The notes under the pieces: model-generated
Seen by the model: the letters and a program-made list of their open reading frames with translations, nothing else
Database searches by the model: none
What the model was told of the DNA's origin: nothing
Made by a program: the position numbers and the translations under genes
Source: Octopus bimaculoides
Taxonomy: Eukaryota
DNA: 42,287 bases
NCBI RefSeq assembly: GCF_001194135.2
Contig: NC_068981.1
Location: 133,202,705-133,244,991, forward strand
Reading direction: 5' to 3'
Shown: one piece after another, positions 24,064-35,026 of the stretch
Layout of the letters: each line of letters opens with the position of its first letter
Position numbering within the stretch: the first letter of the stretch is position 1

Positions 24064-24443
24064 GGAGGTGCAATGGCCCAGTGGTTAGGGCGGCGGACTC
24101 ACGGTCGTAGGATCTCAGTTTCGATTCCCAGAGTGGGTGTTGTGAGTGTTTATTGAGCGAAAACATCTAAGCTCCACGAGGCTCCAGCAGAGGGTGGTGG
24201 CGAACCTTGCTGTACTCTTTAACCACAGCTTTCTCTCACTCTTTCTTCCTGTTTCTGTTGTACCTGTATTTCAAAGGGGCTAGCCTTGTCACACACTGTG
24301 TCACGCTGTATCTCCCCAAGAACTACATTAAGGGCACACGTGTCTGTTGAGTGCTCAGCCACTTGCACGTTAATTTCACGAGCAAGCTGTTCCGTTGATC
24401 GGATCGCTTGGAACCCTTGTCGTCGTAACCGATGGAGTGCCAC
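24064..24443 (+). mobile_element. Full-length tRNA-derived SINE (about 380 bp)
   Basis: A-box TGGCCCAGTGG (24074-24084) and B-box GTTTCGATTCC (24118-24128) in a tRNA-like head, then an unrelated body. No acceptor-stem partner, so not a tRNA gene. Confidence 0.8.
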
Positions 24444-24593
24444 GAATTATAAGCAAAATCTAGAATTTGAGGAAATATAGAAATATGAGTCGACAACAAT
24501 TAAGTTAGGCTAGATAAATTCGGTTGGTGGGAAGAGTGCTGTAACTAATGTGTCGGAACTTACTGTTTGATTGGGAGAAAGGAACAAAGAAAT

Positions 24594-24842
24594 GGCATAT
24601 GTCATAGTGGTTAAGAGCGCGGGCTACTAACCCCAAGATTCCGAGTTCGATTCCAAGCAGTGACCTGAATAATAATAATATTAATAATAATAATAATAAC
24701 ATCGAAAAATACCTTAGGAATGAGAACCGAGGTTCGAAATTTCCTCAAGACACTCGATGAAGGCTGGAGGGTATATGAACCAAAACGTTGTGTTAACAAC
24801 AAACAAGATGAGGACAAATATCCGTCAAATGTAAATGATGTC
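24594..24842 (+). mobile_element. tRNA-headed SINE with internal (TAA)n and a decayed hammerhead-like 3' module
   Basis: A-box-like TGTCATAGTGG (24600-24610) and B-box GAGTTCGATTCC (24643-24654). Direct repeat AAGAAATGG at 24587-24595 and 24843-24851 is a candidate TSD. Confidence 0.8.
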
Positions 24843-24859
24843 AAGAAATGGTTGTTGTC

Positions 24860-25240
24860 TTGTCGCTTGTGCTGTATACGGTATTAAATATTTATGCTGT
24901 TGGTATTTGATGAGGATCTCTCGTTCTTGCATTGCATAGAGGTAGTCTTCGAAATGGGATGTCATAAACTTATCGGTACTCCATGCTTTTGACAGGATCA
25001 ATTCCTATGGCTTACGGCTTTCGTGTCAAGTACTCATGTACTATCATTTCAGTGAACTTGTTCATTGTTTATATTTGGTTCTTCTTCTGGATTTTTTAGC
25101 AATGCTCTTGGAGAGAAAACTGTATCAATTCTTACGGCAAATGGACTTAGCCAACTCGCCAATGGAGTCTCTTTATAGATGAATATTAAACATCTGTTGC
25201 AGAAATCTGGGCAATCGAAACAGCCAATTACTTCGTCCTC
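24860..25240 (-). mobile_element. RLE-type non-LTR retrotransposon internal remnant (post-RT region)
   Basis: AWSTDKFMTSHFEDYLYAMQEREILIKY, preceded after a frameshift by MIVHEYLTRK...IDPVKS. This resembles the MHG..IDxxxS..W..SHFEGY..AIQEQEI region ahead of the CCHC knuckle. Confidence 0.6.
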
Positions 25241-25424
25241 CAGTATTTGAACAGTATTTATTTTAAAGAGCGCGAGGAATATAAGGTAAAATTGATCTCG
25301 GTGGAATTCGAACTCAGGACTTAAATGTGATGTAACTGAACACTGCAAACTATTTTATTCGAAGCTCTAACAACTCTTTCTAGCCAATACAATAGTCAGT
25401 GCGTCAATCTCATAATCCACATAA

Positions 25425-25849
25425 GGCGGCGAGCTGGCAGAAACGTTAGCACGCCGGGCAAAATGATGCTTAGCGGTATTTCGTCTGCCGTTACGTTCAG
25501 AGTTCAAATTCCGTCGAGGTCGACTTTGCCTTTTATCCTTTCGGGGTCGATAAATTAAGTACCAGTTACGCACTGGGTCGATGTAACCGACTTAATCCCT
25601 TTGTTTGTCCCCTTTATGTTTAGCCCCTTGTGGGCAATAAAGAAATAAGAAACGTTAGCACGCCGGGCGAAATGCTTACCGGTATTTCGTCTGTCTTTAC
25701 GTTCTTAGCTCAATTTCCGCCGAGGTTGACTTTGCCTTTCATCCTATTGAAGTCGATAAATTAAATACCAGATACGTACTGGGGTTGATCTAATCGACTG
25801 GCCCCCCTCCCCCAAAATTTCGTGCCTTGTACCTAGAGTAGAAAAGAAT
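25425..25849 (+). mobile_element. Dimeric SINE family A (monomers 25425-25648 and 25649-25849)
   Basis: Two head-to-tail monomers with different 3' tails. Direct repeat AATCTCATAATC at 25406-25417 and 25847-25858. Confidence 0.9.
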
Positions 25850-26555
25850 CTCATAATCAACTTTTCCATTCAGTAATTATTTTATGCAGCGCTAATGGAT
25901 AAAAATTAAAATTTAACCTTGATATTTGAACTCAGAACAAGAAGTGGGAATTAAACGAACAGAGCAAAGCATTTTGTTCGATATTATAACAATTCTTTCG
26001 ATTCCACGTAATTATTCAGTACACTAATCTCATCAGCCAACTTTCTTTATAGATATCTTTCATAGCTGGAAGTATGAGAGAGGGAAAGAGAAAATATTTT
26101 GTAACGACAGCATTTTTATACTAAGGCAATAAAAACGTAACCAAAACGGAATCGAGACCGCATAAATATGATGCACACTAAAAAATTATATTCATAGCTT
26201 CTCGAATAACTTGTGTTTCACGTTACTTACTAAGTTTCTGTCATTTACTGTGACATCGAAGTGACCTATCATCCAAGGCGCGGAGTAGATGAAACAGGGA
26301 CAACTGATGAAGGGGAATGTTCTTTATGTTGTATGTCTCGTTTCCCTGTTTGTTTGTTTTTTTCATTGTTCGAAAAAAGTTCGTTTTCTATGTTTTTGTT
26401 TTTATGTTTTCGTTTTCTCATTGTGTCTACGTTTTTTTGATGTCCCATACCCATATATGCATGTATATATACATATATATGTAGGCATGTACATATATGT
26501 ATGTATATATGCATATCTTTATATATTATTTATATTATATATATAGACATATATA

Positions 26556-27450
26556 CGAGGTCTGATCAATAAGTATCAGGAGTGTTGTCATAGTAATGAA
26601 GCTAAAGCATGCAGAGTGAAGCCACTTGACAAAGATTGACCTAGAACTCTGCTGTGCATGCGCACTAAGTTTTAACGTTCTAGCTCACTTCTGCTGTTTA
26701 CAGCAGTGCTTGTAAGGAAGGTGTGTAGCGTGTGATAGTTGCATTGACAATGACAGAGAAAGTTGTCATTGTGATACCTGCTCAAATGCCTGCGCAATGT
26801 TGCAGAAATTGTATGGAGAGAAGTGTATGAGCCGCTCACTAGTGTACGAGTGGTTCAGACGTTTCCAAGATGGCCGAAAACATGTCGATATTGACGAACA
26901 TTCTGGGAGACCCGTAACCACCAGAACTGAGAAAAACATCGTAGGTGTGCGAGCAGCCATGAGGGGAAATTGTCGAATCACCATCCGTGAGTTATCAGAG
27001 GATTTGCAGATGAGTTAAAGTTCAATTCAGTTCATTATCACTGAAGATTTGGGTATGAAACGCGTGTCTGCCAAGTTTGTGCCTAACCTGCTTTCAGCTG
27101 ACCAAAAGGACACTCGGGTTCCAGTTGTACAAGATCTCCTTGATTGTGTCGAGAACGATAAAATCTTTTTCAAAACTTTGCGTAGGCCTCTGAGCAGGAA
27201 TCACCAAGCTTTTGGGAAAATTTGATGCAGATTCTCTGCTCAACTTTCTCTGTCATGGTCAATGCGACGATAACACGATACACAGGTTCTTTTCAAACAC
27301 TGCTGCAAACAGCGGAAGTGATCTAGAACGTTAAAACTTAGTGCGCATGCACGGCAAAGTTCAAGATGAATCTGTGCCAAGCGGCTTCCCTCTGTGTGCT
27401 TTAGCTGTGTTACAATGGCAACAGTCTGGATACTTATTGATCAGACCACG
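26556..27450 (+). mobile_element. Non-autonomous mariner derivative made of two inverted 5' ends (895 bp)
   Basis: TIRs CGAGGTCTGATCAATAAGTATC / GATACTTATTGATCAGACCACG, with TA on the left and CA on the right. Transposase N-terminus MLQKLYGEKCMSRSLVYEWFRRFQDGR...GRP...RVSAKFVPNLL is present, but there is no catalytic domain. The right arm encodes MTEKVEQRICIK on the minus strand. Confidence 0.92.
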
Positions 27451-27489
27451 CATACATGTATATATATTTGTGTATCATTGTGTGGGTGT

Positions 27490-27677
27490 TTGTTCACTAT
27501 CACCGCTTGATAATCGATGCTAGTTTGTTTACGTTCCCCTAACCTAGCAGTTCGACAAAAGAAACCCATAGCTGACAAAATAAATACTAGAGACGATTTG
27601 TTCGATTAAACCATTCAAGGCAGTACCTCCAACTGGGCCGCAGTCGAATGACTGAAAGAAGTAAAAGATAAAAGATA
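27490..27677 (+). mobile_element. SINE family B 3' portion
   Basis: GGCCGCAGTCGAATGACTGAAAGAAGTAAAAGATAAAAGATA tail shared with 7600-7810. Confidence 0.75.
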
Positions 27678-28761
27678 AACGATATGTTTGAGATATACTC
27701 ATTTTATTTTTAACCAGGTTTAACACATAAAATAAATGACAAAGAAAAGTTGATGTATCGTTCGTTGTTTTGCCAAAGTGAAATAAATAAAATCAACTCG
27801 AATCAACCGTAAATCGAAACCAAACCAATTACTCAGTTCATAGAGTTGCTATCACTTCAATGACGCTCCCAATTTCCTTGGCAACGATATGAATACATCA
27901 CTGCTGTCCTATGCTATTACCCACTGAGAGTTAGTGCTAAACACATAAAAAAAAAAACTGATTATATTCATCGCCTCAGTGAATGACATAAATACATATT
28001 TTTTATACGCTGTTGAAACATTTGTCGTTTGTATGAGTGGACATATGGTTGCATATAAATATTTATATAGATAAATGTGTGTGTGTGTGTGTGTGTGTAT
28101 GGTCACATGTATTGACATGAAATATGATCCAATATTTCGTGCTGAAAAGTAGGATTATGAGCGGTGTTTTCTTTTTTTTTGTTTTTGTAAGAGCTATTAT
28201 CTGAAAATAATAGTCCGTCGCGATCCGAGTCATTACGACTACCAAATTATGACAAATGAGAACTTTACTATGTATTGAATGTCACATTTAACACAATAAC
28301 TATTGGTCAACTTCTTTCACTTTAGCTAACGCTATATGTAACCCTATACAATATCGCGTGTCTAGTGCGATAAGTCTCAACACACACATAAACACATAAA
28401 AATATACGCATACATCATACATGCATACGTACGTGTATATATGCATGCGTGTAAGCATTTGCCTTGACTTGGATATAAGTGATGATGCTACAAGATTTTA
28501 ACCACTTTTATACAAACACCTAAATATGCATATATTCACACATACACATAGCTACTCGTGTATCCATACATACATAATGTACGCCGCAGATACAAAAACA
28601 CAAACATGTATGTATGTATGTATGTATGTATGTATGTATGTATGTATGTATGGTTGATAACAATTGCATGAAGCCGAATGAAACTGTTATTAAATAATAG
28701 ATGTAACTCCTACCGAACGTGCTGACTGCCATTTTCTTTCGTTTGTCCACTCGTACATAAA

Positions 28762-29650
28762 CGAAGGGGTACCCAAAAGAAACCGGAATTTTGCAATATT
28801 ATTTTATTCATGTAGTTTTACGTGTTTACACTTTTACCGCCTCCAAAGTATTCTCCCTTTGAATTAATGCATCAGTCCACTCGCGTTTTCCACTATTTGA
28901 AGCAGTCCTGGCACTTTTGTGAAGTGATGTCTTTTAACGCCTCCGTCGTTTTTTTTTTCGTCACCTCTTCCACATCTGCAAATTCCGTTGCACCAATTTT
29001 CGTCACCAGTGATGGATGACCTTCGAAAAAAGGTCCCCATCAACTTTCAACTGTTCTTTCCGTTCACGACAGTCGTGATTGCTTTTGATCTACCGCGAGC
29101 ATGCGAGGCACAAATTTTGATGCAGCTCTTTTCATTCGCAATTCATCGTCCAAAATTCGTTGGCGGGAGCCTCAGAACACATCAGTCATATCGACAAGTT
29201 CATCAAATGTTCGGTGACGGATCTCCAAGATCAGTTCATGAATTTTCATGATGTTTTCATTTGATCGGGAGGTCGACGGTCGTCCTGAACGAGGCTGGTC
29301 TTCAAGCGACGAGTGACCATTCCTAAAGCGTAGAAACCACTCGTAAACCTGTGTGTTGCTCATGGCAGCATCCTTGTAAGCTTTTTGAAGCATGAAAACT
29401 GTTTCGGCCGCGGTGTTCCTCAGCAGAAAACAGAATTTAACGGAAGTACGCTATTACTTCGTTTCAGTCATCGCATAAATCGACGAACAAGGGGTAATCA
29501 CTGCAGAACAAAGACGCACCACGTGGCAGTATGACTTCACCTGACGATGCCAGTCGGTAGATATGCTTGAGAGTCGCATCAAGTGGATTCTAGCAGACAA
29601 CGGATTTGTCCCACAGAAAACGTTTCCGGTTACTTTGGGGTATTCCCTCG
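28762..29650 (-). mobile_element. Internally deleted mariner element of a second family (889 bp)
   Basis: 27-bp TIRs matching at 22 of 27 positions, TA at 29651-29652. Minus strand reads KFCFLL..AETVFMLQKAYKDAAMSNTQVYEWFLRFRNG...RSGRPS...KRAASKFVPRML...ITGDENW, then jumps to the C-terminal FADVEEV...CINSKGEYF. Confidence 0.92.
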
Positions 29651-31384
29651 TATATATTTACGAGTAAAACCAAGCTGTGGAAGTGATTCAATTTCTAGCC
29701 GAATTAATAGATCTACTACTGACCTTTTATGAATGTATGGTCGTCGTATCTACAACGTCTCAAATCGCCAAAATTCAGGAGTAGCAAAAAGACTGATGAT
29801 GCGTCGACAGTAGATACATTTGGCTACGAATTTCTTAAAACTAGCTTTATTTATAGAACTGGTAAATGAAACAATTATTTTGTTTTGTAGCATATTTTTT
29901 TGATATAAATTCAAATACAGCCAGATATACAAAATGTTATCTGGTACTGAAGTTGCTGCCTTACGAAAATCTTGTGTCTATGGACTTGTTTCTGCTATAT
30001 TCCATGCGAATAACAAATGTTCAATTATACCATTAATTTTCATCTTTTAGCCAAGTAGTCAAGCAATTCCTATAACCACTCGCAGGCCCTCCAAATCTAG
30101 TGGAAGAGTGGAAGGGGCAGCTGGCCCGATTACTTGTCAGAGGGTGAATTCTGCTAAAAGCACCCAACGTCATTAAAAATATGACAGTGAGTCTTTGTTG
30201 CAGTCAAGACAGGACCAGGGCTTCTTGAAATACTTGTATGTTAATGAATGTTATCTTGACTTCAACAAAGAATCATTGACACTTTTTTAATGATCGGCTT
30301 GAAATCGGTGAAGACCTTTAATTTCAAAGAAATAAAATGCACACATGATTAAGTAGCTTATATTTTTTCTAAATTCTTCTGAAACCGCCATGATTTCGAG
30401 CTGGAGATTAGTTCCAACTATATAGGAGAGTAATATGAAAAATCAAAACATGGATATGCATACATATTGTTTGCCTGACTTGAGAAGTGGGTGTTTCTGT
30501 TGTTCATTGCGAGAACAAAGAAAATAAATGTTAACGTTTATTTTCTAAGCTGTCGTTAATCTTTTCCCAAACCTAACGAAGAGAATACAGACATAAACAC
30601 TAATATGTAGATACATGCATACAGACACACAAGCGCGAACACACACAGACACACACACTATATATGTGTACATATATATGTGTGCGTATGTATGTGTGGG
30701 TGTGTGGATTTATACAGAGAGAGAGAGAGAGAGACGCGTATTTCATTGAGTGTAGAGTATAAACTATGTAAGGATGACCAAACATCCTTTTAAAGCTAAA
30801 TTCACACAACACTTTGATTCGTGCATCTCTTGAAAGAAGTGCATTTTAAAATCACGCGAAACATGTATGATCCTTAAAAATTAACGAGAGAAAATAAAAC
30901 ATCCCAACAATAGAATCGAGCATTGGAAATGCAGAGGCAGTACAACGACCCGGCTGCTCTTGACTAGTAAGTATGTGTGAAAAATACAAGATCTTGATTG
31001 AAACTTCTTGCCATGTTATCATGCAAAGAAATTTAAACTACAAACTCGTACAACCAAGCCGATTTACCCATCTCTACTAACACGTTAATTTCAGTTACTC
31101 CACACCCTCCGAGATGTTTTTACGAGACAGGAGTAACAATGAATCCATATGCAGAAATTTATCATCATACCAAGCAAAAATTATTACCGTATTATGACAT
31201 ATGTGTCCTATCTTAGCCATTAAAATATCAATATCCTGACACCATATTGGAAAGGGGATCTTTTTTATTGCACTCTATACGGCCACCTCAATGAACATGT
31301 AAGCGCAAAGCAAATAAATACATGTAGCTTCAGTCGAATAAAAATAATTATTTTCTGCTCTATGTAATGAGTACTATTTCTCTG

Positions 31385-31426
<42 letters not shown>

Positions 31427-31436
31427 NNNNNNNNNN

Positions 31437-31474
<38 letters not shown>

Positions 31475-31997
31475 ATATACATGCACGTCAAAATTAAAAT
31501 CATGCGAAGTTTATGTATTTTAAGTATTAAAAAAATTGAGAATACTATTTTCTCTTATTTCAACTGTCACTAATTGTTTCATCTATAAACATTCTTCGAT
31601 CGATTAGCATATATGTATATGTAAACCTATATGTGTGTGTGTGAGAGAAAGAGACATTTGTGTACATACAAACATGCATACATACATACATACATACATA
31701 CATGTTTGCATATCTATATATTAACCCGTTTTTCTCCAGATCTTATATATCGCATACTCTGTTTGTCTCCATTCAATATCAAGTTGTTGGCATTACATTT
31801 GTTGACAGTCTATCATTATTGTAATAAAACATCTAGCTAGCTACCGTTGGCAGAATTTAATGTGTGCTATTAAATATCTTTATTGTATTATTGTATTTTT
31901 TAAAATATGCAATTTTATATTTTTACCAGCACTTTATATATCATTAACTATTGCACAGAGCAAGATACATCTATTCCAAACACTTATGCCCACAAAC

Positions 31998-32013
31998 ATC
32001 TATCTATCTATCC

Positions 32014-32089
<76 letters not shown>

Positions 32090-32134
32090 GATTGTCTGTC
32101 TATCTGCCGGCCTATCTGCCTGTCTTTGTGTTTG

Positions 32135-32179
<45 letters not shown>

Positions 32180-32250
32180 TTATCTATCTACTTTCCTACA
32201 TACCTACATACCTACATCCTACCTACCTACCTACCTACCTACCTACCAAT
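31998..32250. repeat. Compound (TATC)n/(TGTC)/(CTAC)n microsatellite
   Basis: Read directly. Confidence 0.95.
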
Positions 32251-32706
32251 ATACATGTGTGTATGTATGTCTGTGTGTGTGTATTTGCGCGTATGTGTAT
32301 AGATGTATAGAGTTTTCAAATGGAACACACCTACACACTTGCTTACAAATAACTAGATAAATAATAAATTCTAAACAATAACATAACTCCAGTTTTAATC
32401 AATAAAATAATTTTCCAAAATAACTCACCATAATAACCCAGCCTAAAACCTAATTACCTACCGTTCCACTTACGCACACACACCCAAGGAAAATGTTAAC
32501 TCAACAACGATTATATAAAGCCAAGCTTAACTTTAATACATAGCAGTCCAACGATGACTTCACTGGCCGAAACTTCGAAGTCACTGTCAACGATGTTATT
32601 CTGTGAAAATATTGAATATGTATTCTACAAAAGCAAAACTGTTTTTATCATAAACTAAGCATAAAAACAAACTTAAACTTTATATATATACATATCACTT
32701 ACTTCA

Positions 32707-33438
32707 CACACCATTACACACACACACACACACACAACGCCTTCCTCGTCCACACACACTTCTCAGCACCCACACAACACACCATCCACACACATACATA
32801 ATCTTCAATAACGTCACCACACATGCCACTATATGAGCAGCCACGCACACGCAAGACGCATAAACACATGCAACACACATAGACAAAGATAACTTTCGCC
32901 CACATACATACAGCATACACATGCACGCTATTTAGTCAGTGACCCAGAGATACACACACACACACAAACCTACACACATACACATGTACACACACCACAT
33001 GAAATAGCGCACATCAACTGCTACACACACAACGTACACACATTAAACACACACACACGTCAAACTCACTCGACCTCATTCACATATACATACTTACACA
33101 CTCACACGCACCATTCTCACATACTCACATACGCTTGGGCACCTCATCTTGTTGGGATTACCATGAATTATTTCTCTTTCATTCAACCTCTCTTTATTAT
33201 TATCTCCCTTTCATTCAACGTCTTTTTTTCCCAATCAATCGCCATGTTGAACCACTGAACCCAACAAGTTTCTTTGCTCATTCTCCCTCTATTTGTTTCC
33301 TCTTATTCCTTTCCGTCGAAGAGCGCAGGCGCGAAACATAAAACACTTTTCCATTTTTCCCGAGCGTCAAACAAATATACTTGCTTGCTTGTTGTTCATA
33401 CACCTGTCTTTGTCTTTGTTTTTCTATAAATTTGAACT
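32707..33438 (+). mobile_element. Penelope-like element 3' region, left arm of the palindrome
   Basis: 33135-33438 is an imperfect reverse complement of 33461-33720. The CA-rich segment mirrors the TG-rich segment on the right, e.g. CACACACGTCAAA versus TTTGACGTGTG. Confidence 0.7.
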
Positions 33439-33460
33439 ATATATATATATATGTATATAC

Positions 33461-34325
33461 AGTTCAAAGATGAAGACAAGTGTATGAGCAACAAGGAAGC
33501 AAGTGTATTAGTTTGACGCTCGGGAAAAATGGAAAAGTCTTTTATGTTTCGAGCCTACACTCTTCGACAGAAAGGAATAAGAGAAAATAAATAGAGAGAG
33601 AATAAAAAAGTGTATTTAGCGGTCAATCATGGCGACTGGTTGAAAAAGAAAATGTTTGTCAGGAGAGGTAGAAAGAAGGGAAAATAATAAAGGATTGCTG
33701 ATCCCAAAACGAAGGTGCGCGTGTGTGTATGTGACAATGTGTAAGTGTTTGTGTGTGTGTGGTTAGGGGCTAGTAACTTTGACGTGTGTGGATGTGTGCG
33801 TGTGTAAGTGTGCGCGTCTTAATGCGTGGGTGCGTAGGTGTGCAGATGATGGTGTGTGGTGTAGGTACTGGGAAGTGGTCAGTGCTAGTGTGTGTGTGGT
33901 GTGATGTGGGGTGGTGATGTGGTGTGATTGTGTGGTGGGGGGATTAGGAGGTGGGAGATGTGGGGATAGGGATGTGAGGATAGGGATGTGGGGATGTGGA
34001 CTGCAGTGGTGTAGGGTAGGGTGTGGGTGGTGTGGTATGGAGTTGTGGGTTGTGCATGGTGGTATGTGGGACTGCGGTGTGTGGAGGGTGTGGGTGGAGG
34101 AGGTATCAATGAAGAGAGAAGGTGAGTAGGTGTCAGAGGAAGAGAAGAGGAGGGGAGTCAGATGAAGAGAGGAGTGGAGCGAAGATGGAAGATTAAACAC
34201 CTGTTCACGGCGAAGGCGGGAGTCCGAATAGACCCTGTGCAAAGACAATCCGAACAGAGACAAGTGCTGTAATGAATGACCGGTAGAGCGGAAATGGCGC
34301 GAGACCGGGGTATCATTGCCGAGTC
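33461..34325 (-). mobile_element. 5'-truncated Penelope-like element: GIY-YIG C-terminus, low-complexity UTR and terminal repeat
   Basis: Minus strand reads LGNDTPVSRHFRSTGHSLQHLSLFGLSLHRVYSDSRLRREQ / LIFHL, resembling the PLE endonuclease end PVxxHF..H...R...EQxxIFxL. Hammerhead-like motif at 33539-33574. Confidence 0.8.
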
Positions 34326-34813
34326 ATTATATATAATCACTCTGTCTCTTACTGTCCTTCCATATGTATGTATCTACGTTTGTATGTATGTATGTATGTA
34401 TGTATGTATGTATGTATGGATGGATGGATGGATGGATGGATGGATGGGTTGGTGGATGGATGGATGGNNNNNNNNNNNNNNNNNNNNNNNNNNNNNNNNN
34501 NNNNNGGGTTTATATACATGTTCCCTAACATTTAGTAGGATCGTGAAGTGAAGATTGTAATTGTAACTTGTAACATAAAAACCTTTATATCTGTTATTGA
34601 GTACGTTTTTAAATCTAATTTGCAAACAATTATTCAAGTAGTTATACAGATTTGTATATGTATTTGTTCACTTGTGTATATATGTATACATACATACAAT
34701 ACAGCTATATACAAATCGATCGGCTAATTCGTACATTACAAGTGCAATCTGTGAGTGGAACGGTAAAAATATGCAAGACTATTTTACGAGGTATTGCTAT
34801 GTCGTGAAATATT

Positions 34814-35026
34814 GGTTTGAAATTTTAGCCCAAGGCTAGCAACTTTTGAAAAGGGTAAAACTCGATTACATCAACCCAGTGCTCAACTGGTATTTATTTT
34901 ATCAACTCCGAAAGGATTAAAAGGAAAGTCGACCCTGACGGTATTTGAACTCAGAACGTAGAATCGGAAGAAATATCCCTAAGTGGTTTCTCTGGCGCTG
35001 TAACGACTCTTTCAACTAGGCGCTCT
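34814..35026 (-). mobile_element. SINE family A copy with a 16-bp TSD
   Basis: Family A body. TATGTCGTGAAATATT at 34798-34813 and 35027-35042. Confidence 0.88.

Noticed and set aside
24064-24135. tRNA-like heads here and at 6715 and 24594 as tRNA genes
   Set aside because: No closing acceptor stem or nearby poly-T terminator; they continue into SINE bodies.
25988-26036. Minus-strand CTGATGA-GATT...AATC-GAAA
   Set aside because: No stem I or stem III can be formed, and the GAAA lies in a degenerate SINE. Likely chance.
26291-26350. CTGATGA enclosed by the AAACAGGGA/TCCCTGTTT stem
   Set aside because: No downstream GAAA, and too little sequence for a type II topology.
27041-27070. CTGAAGA...GAAACGCGT hammerhead-like string
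   Set aside because: It is mariner coding sequence (TEDLGMKRV) with no stem II.
27866-27887. RFX X-box-like half sites
   Set aside because: Imperfect match with no promoter context.
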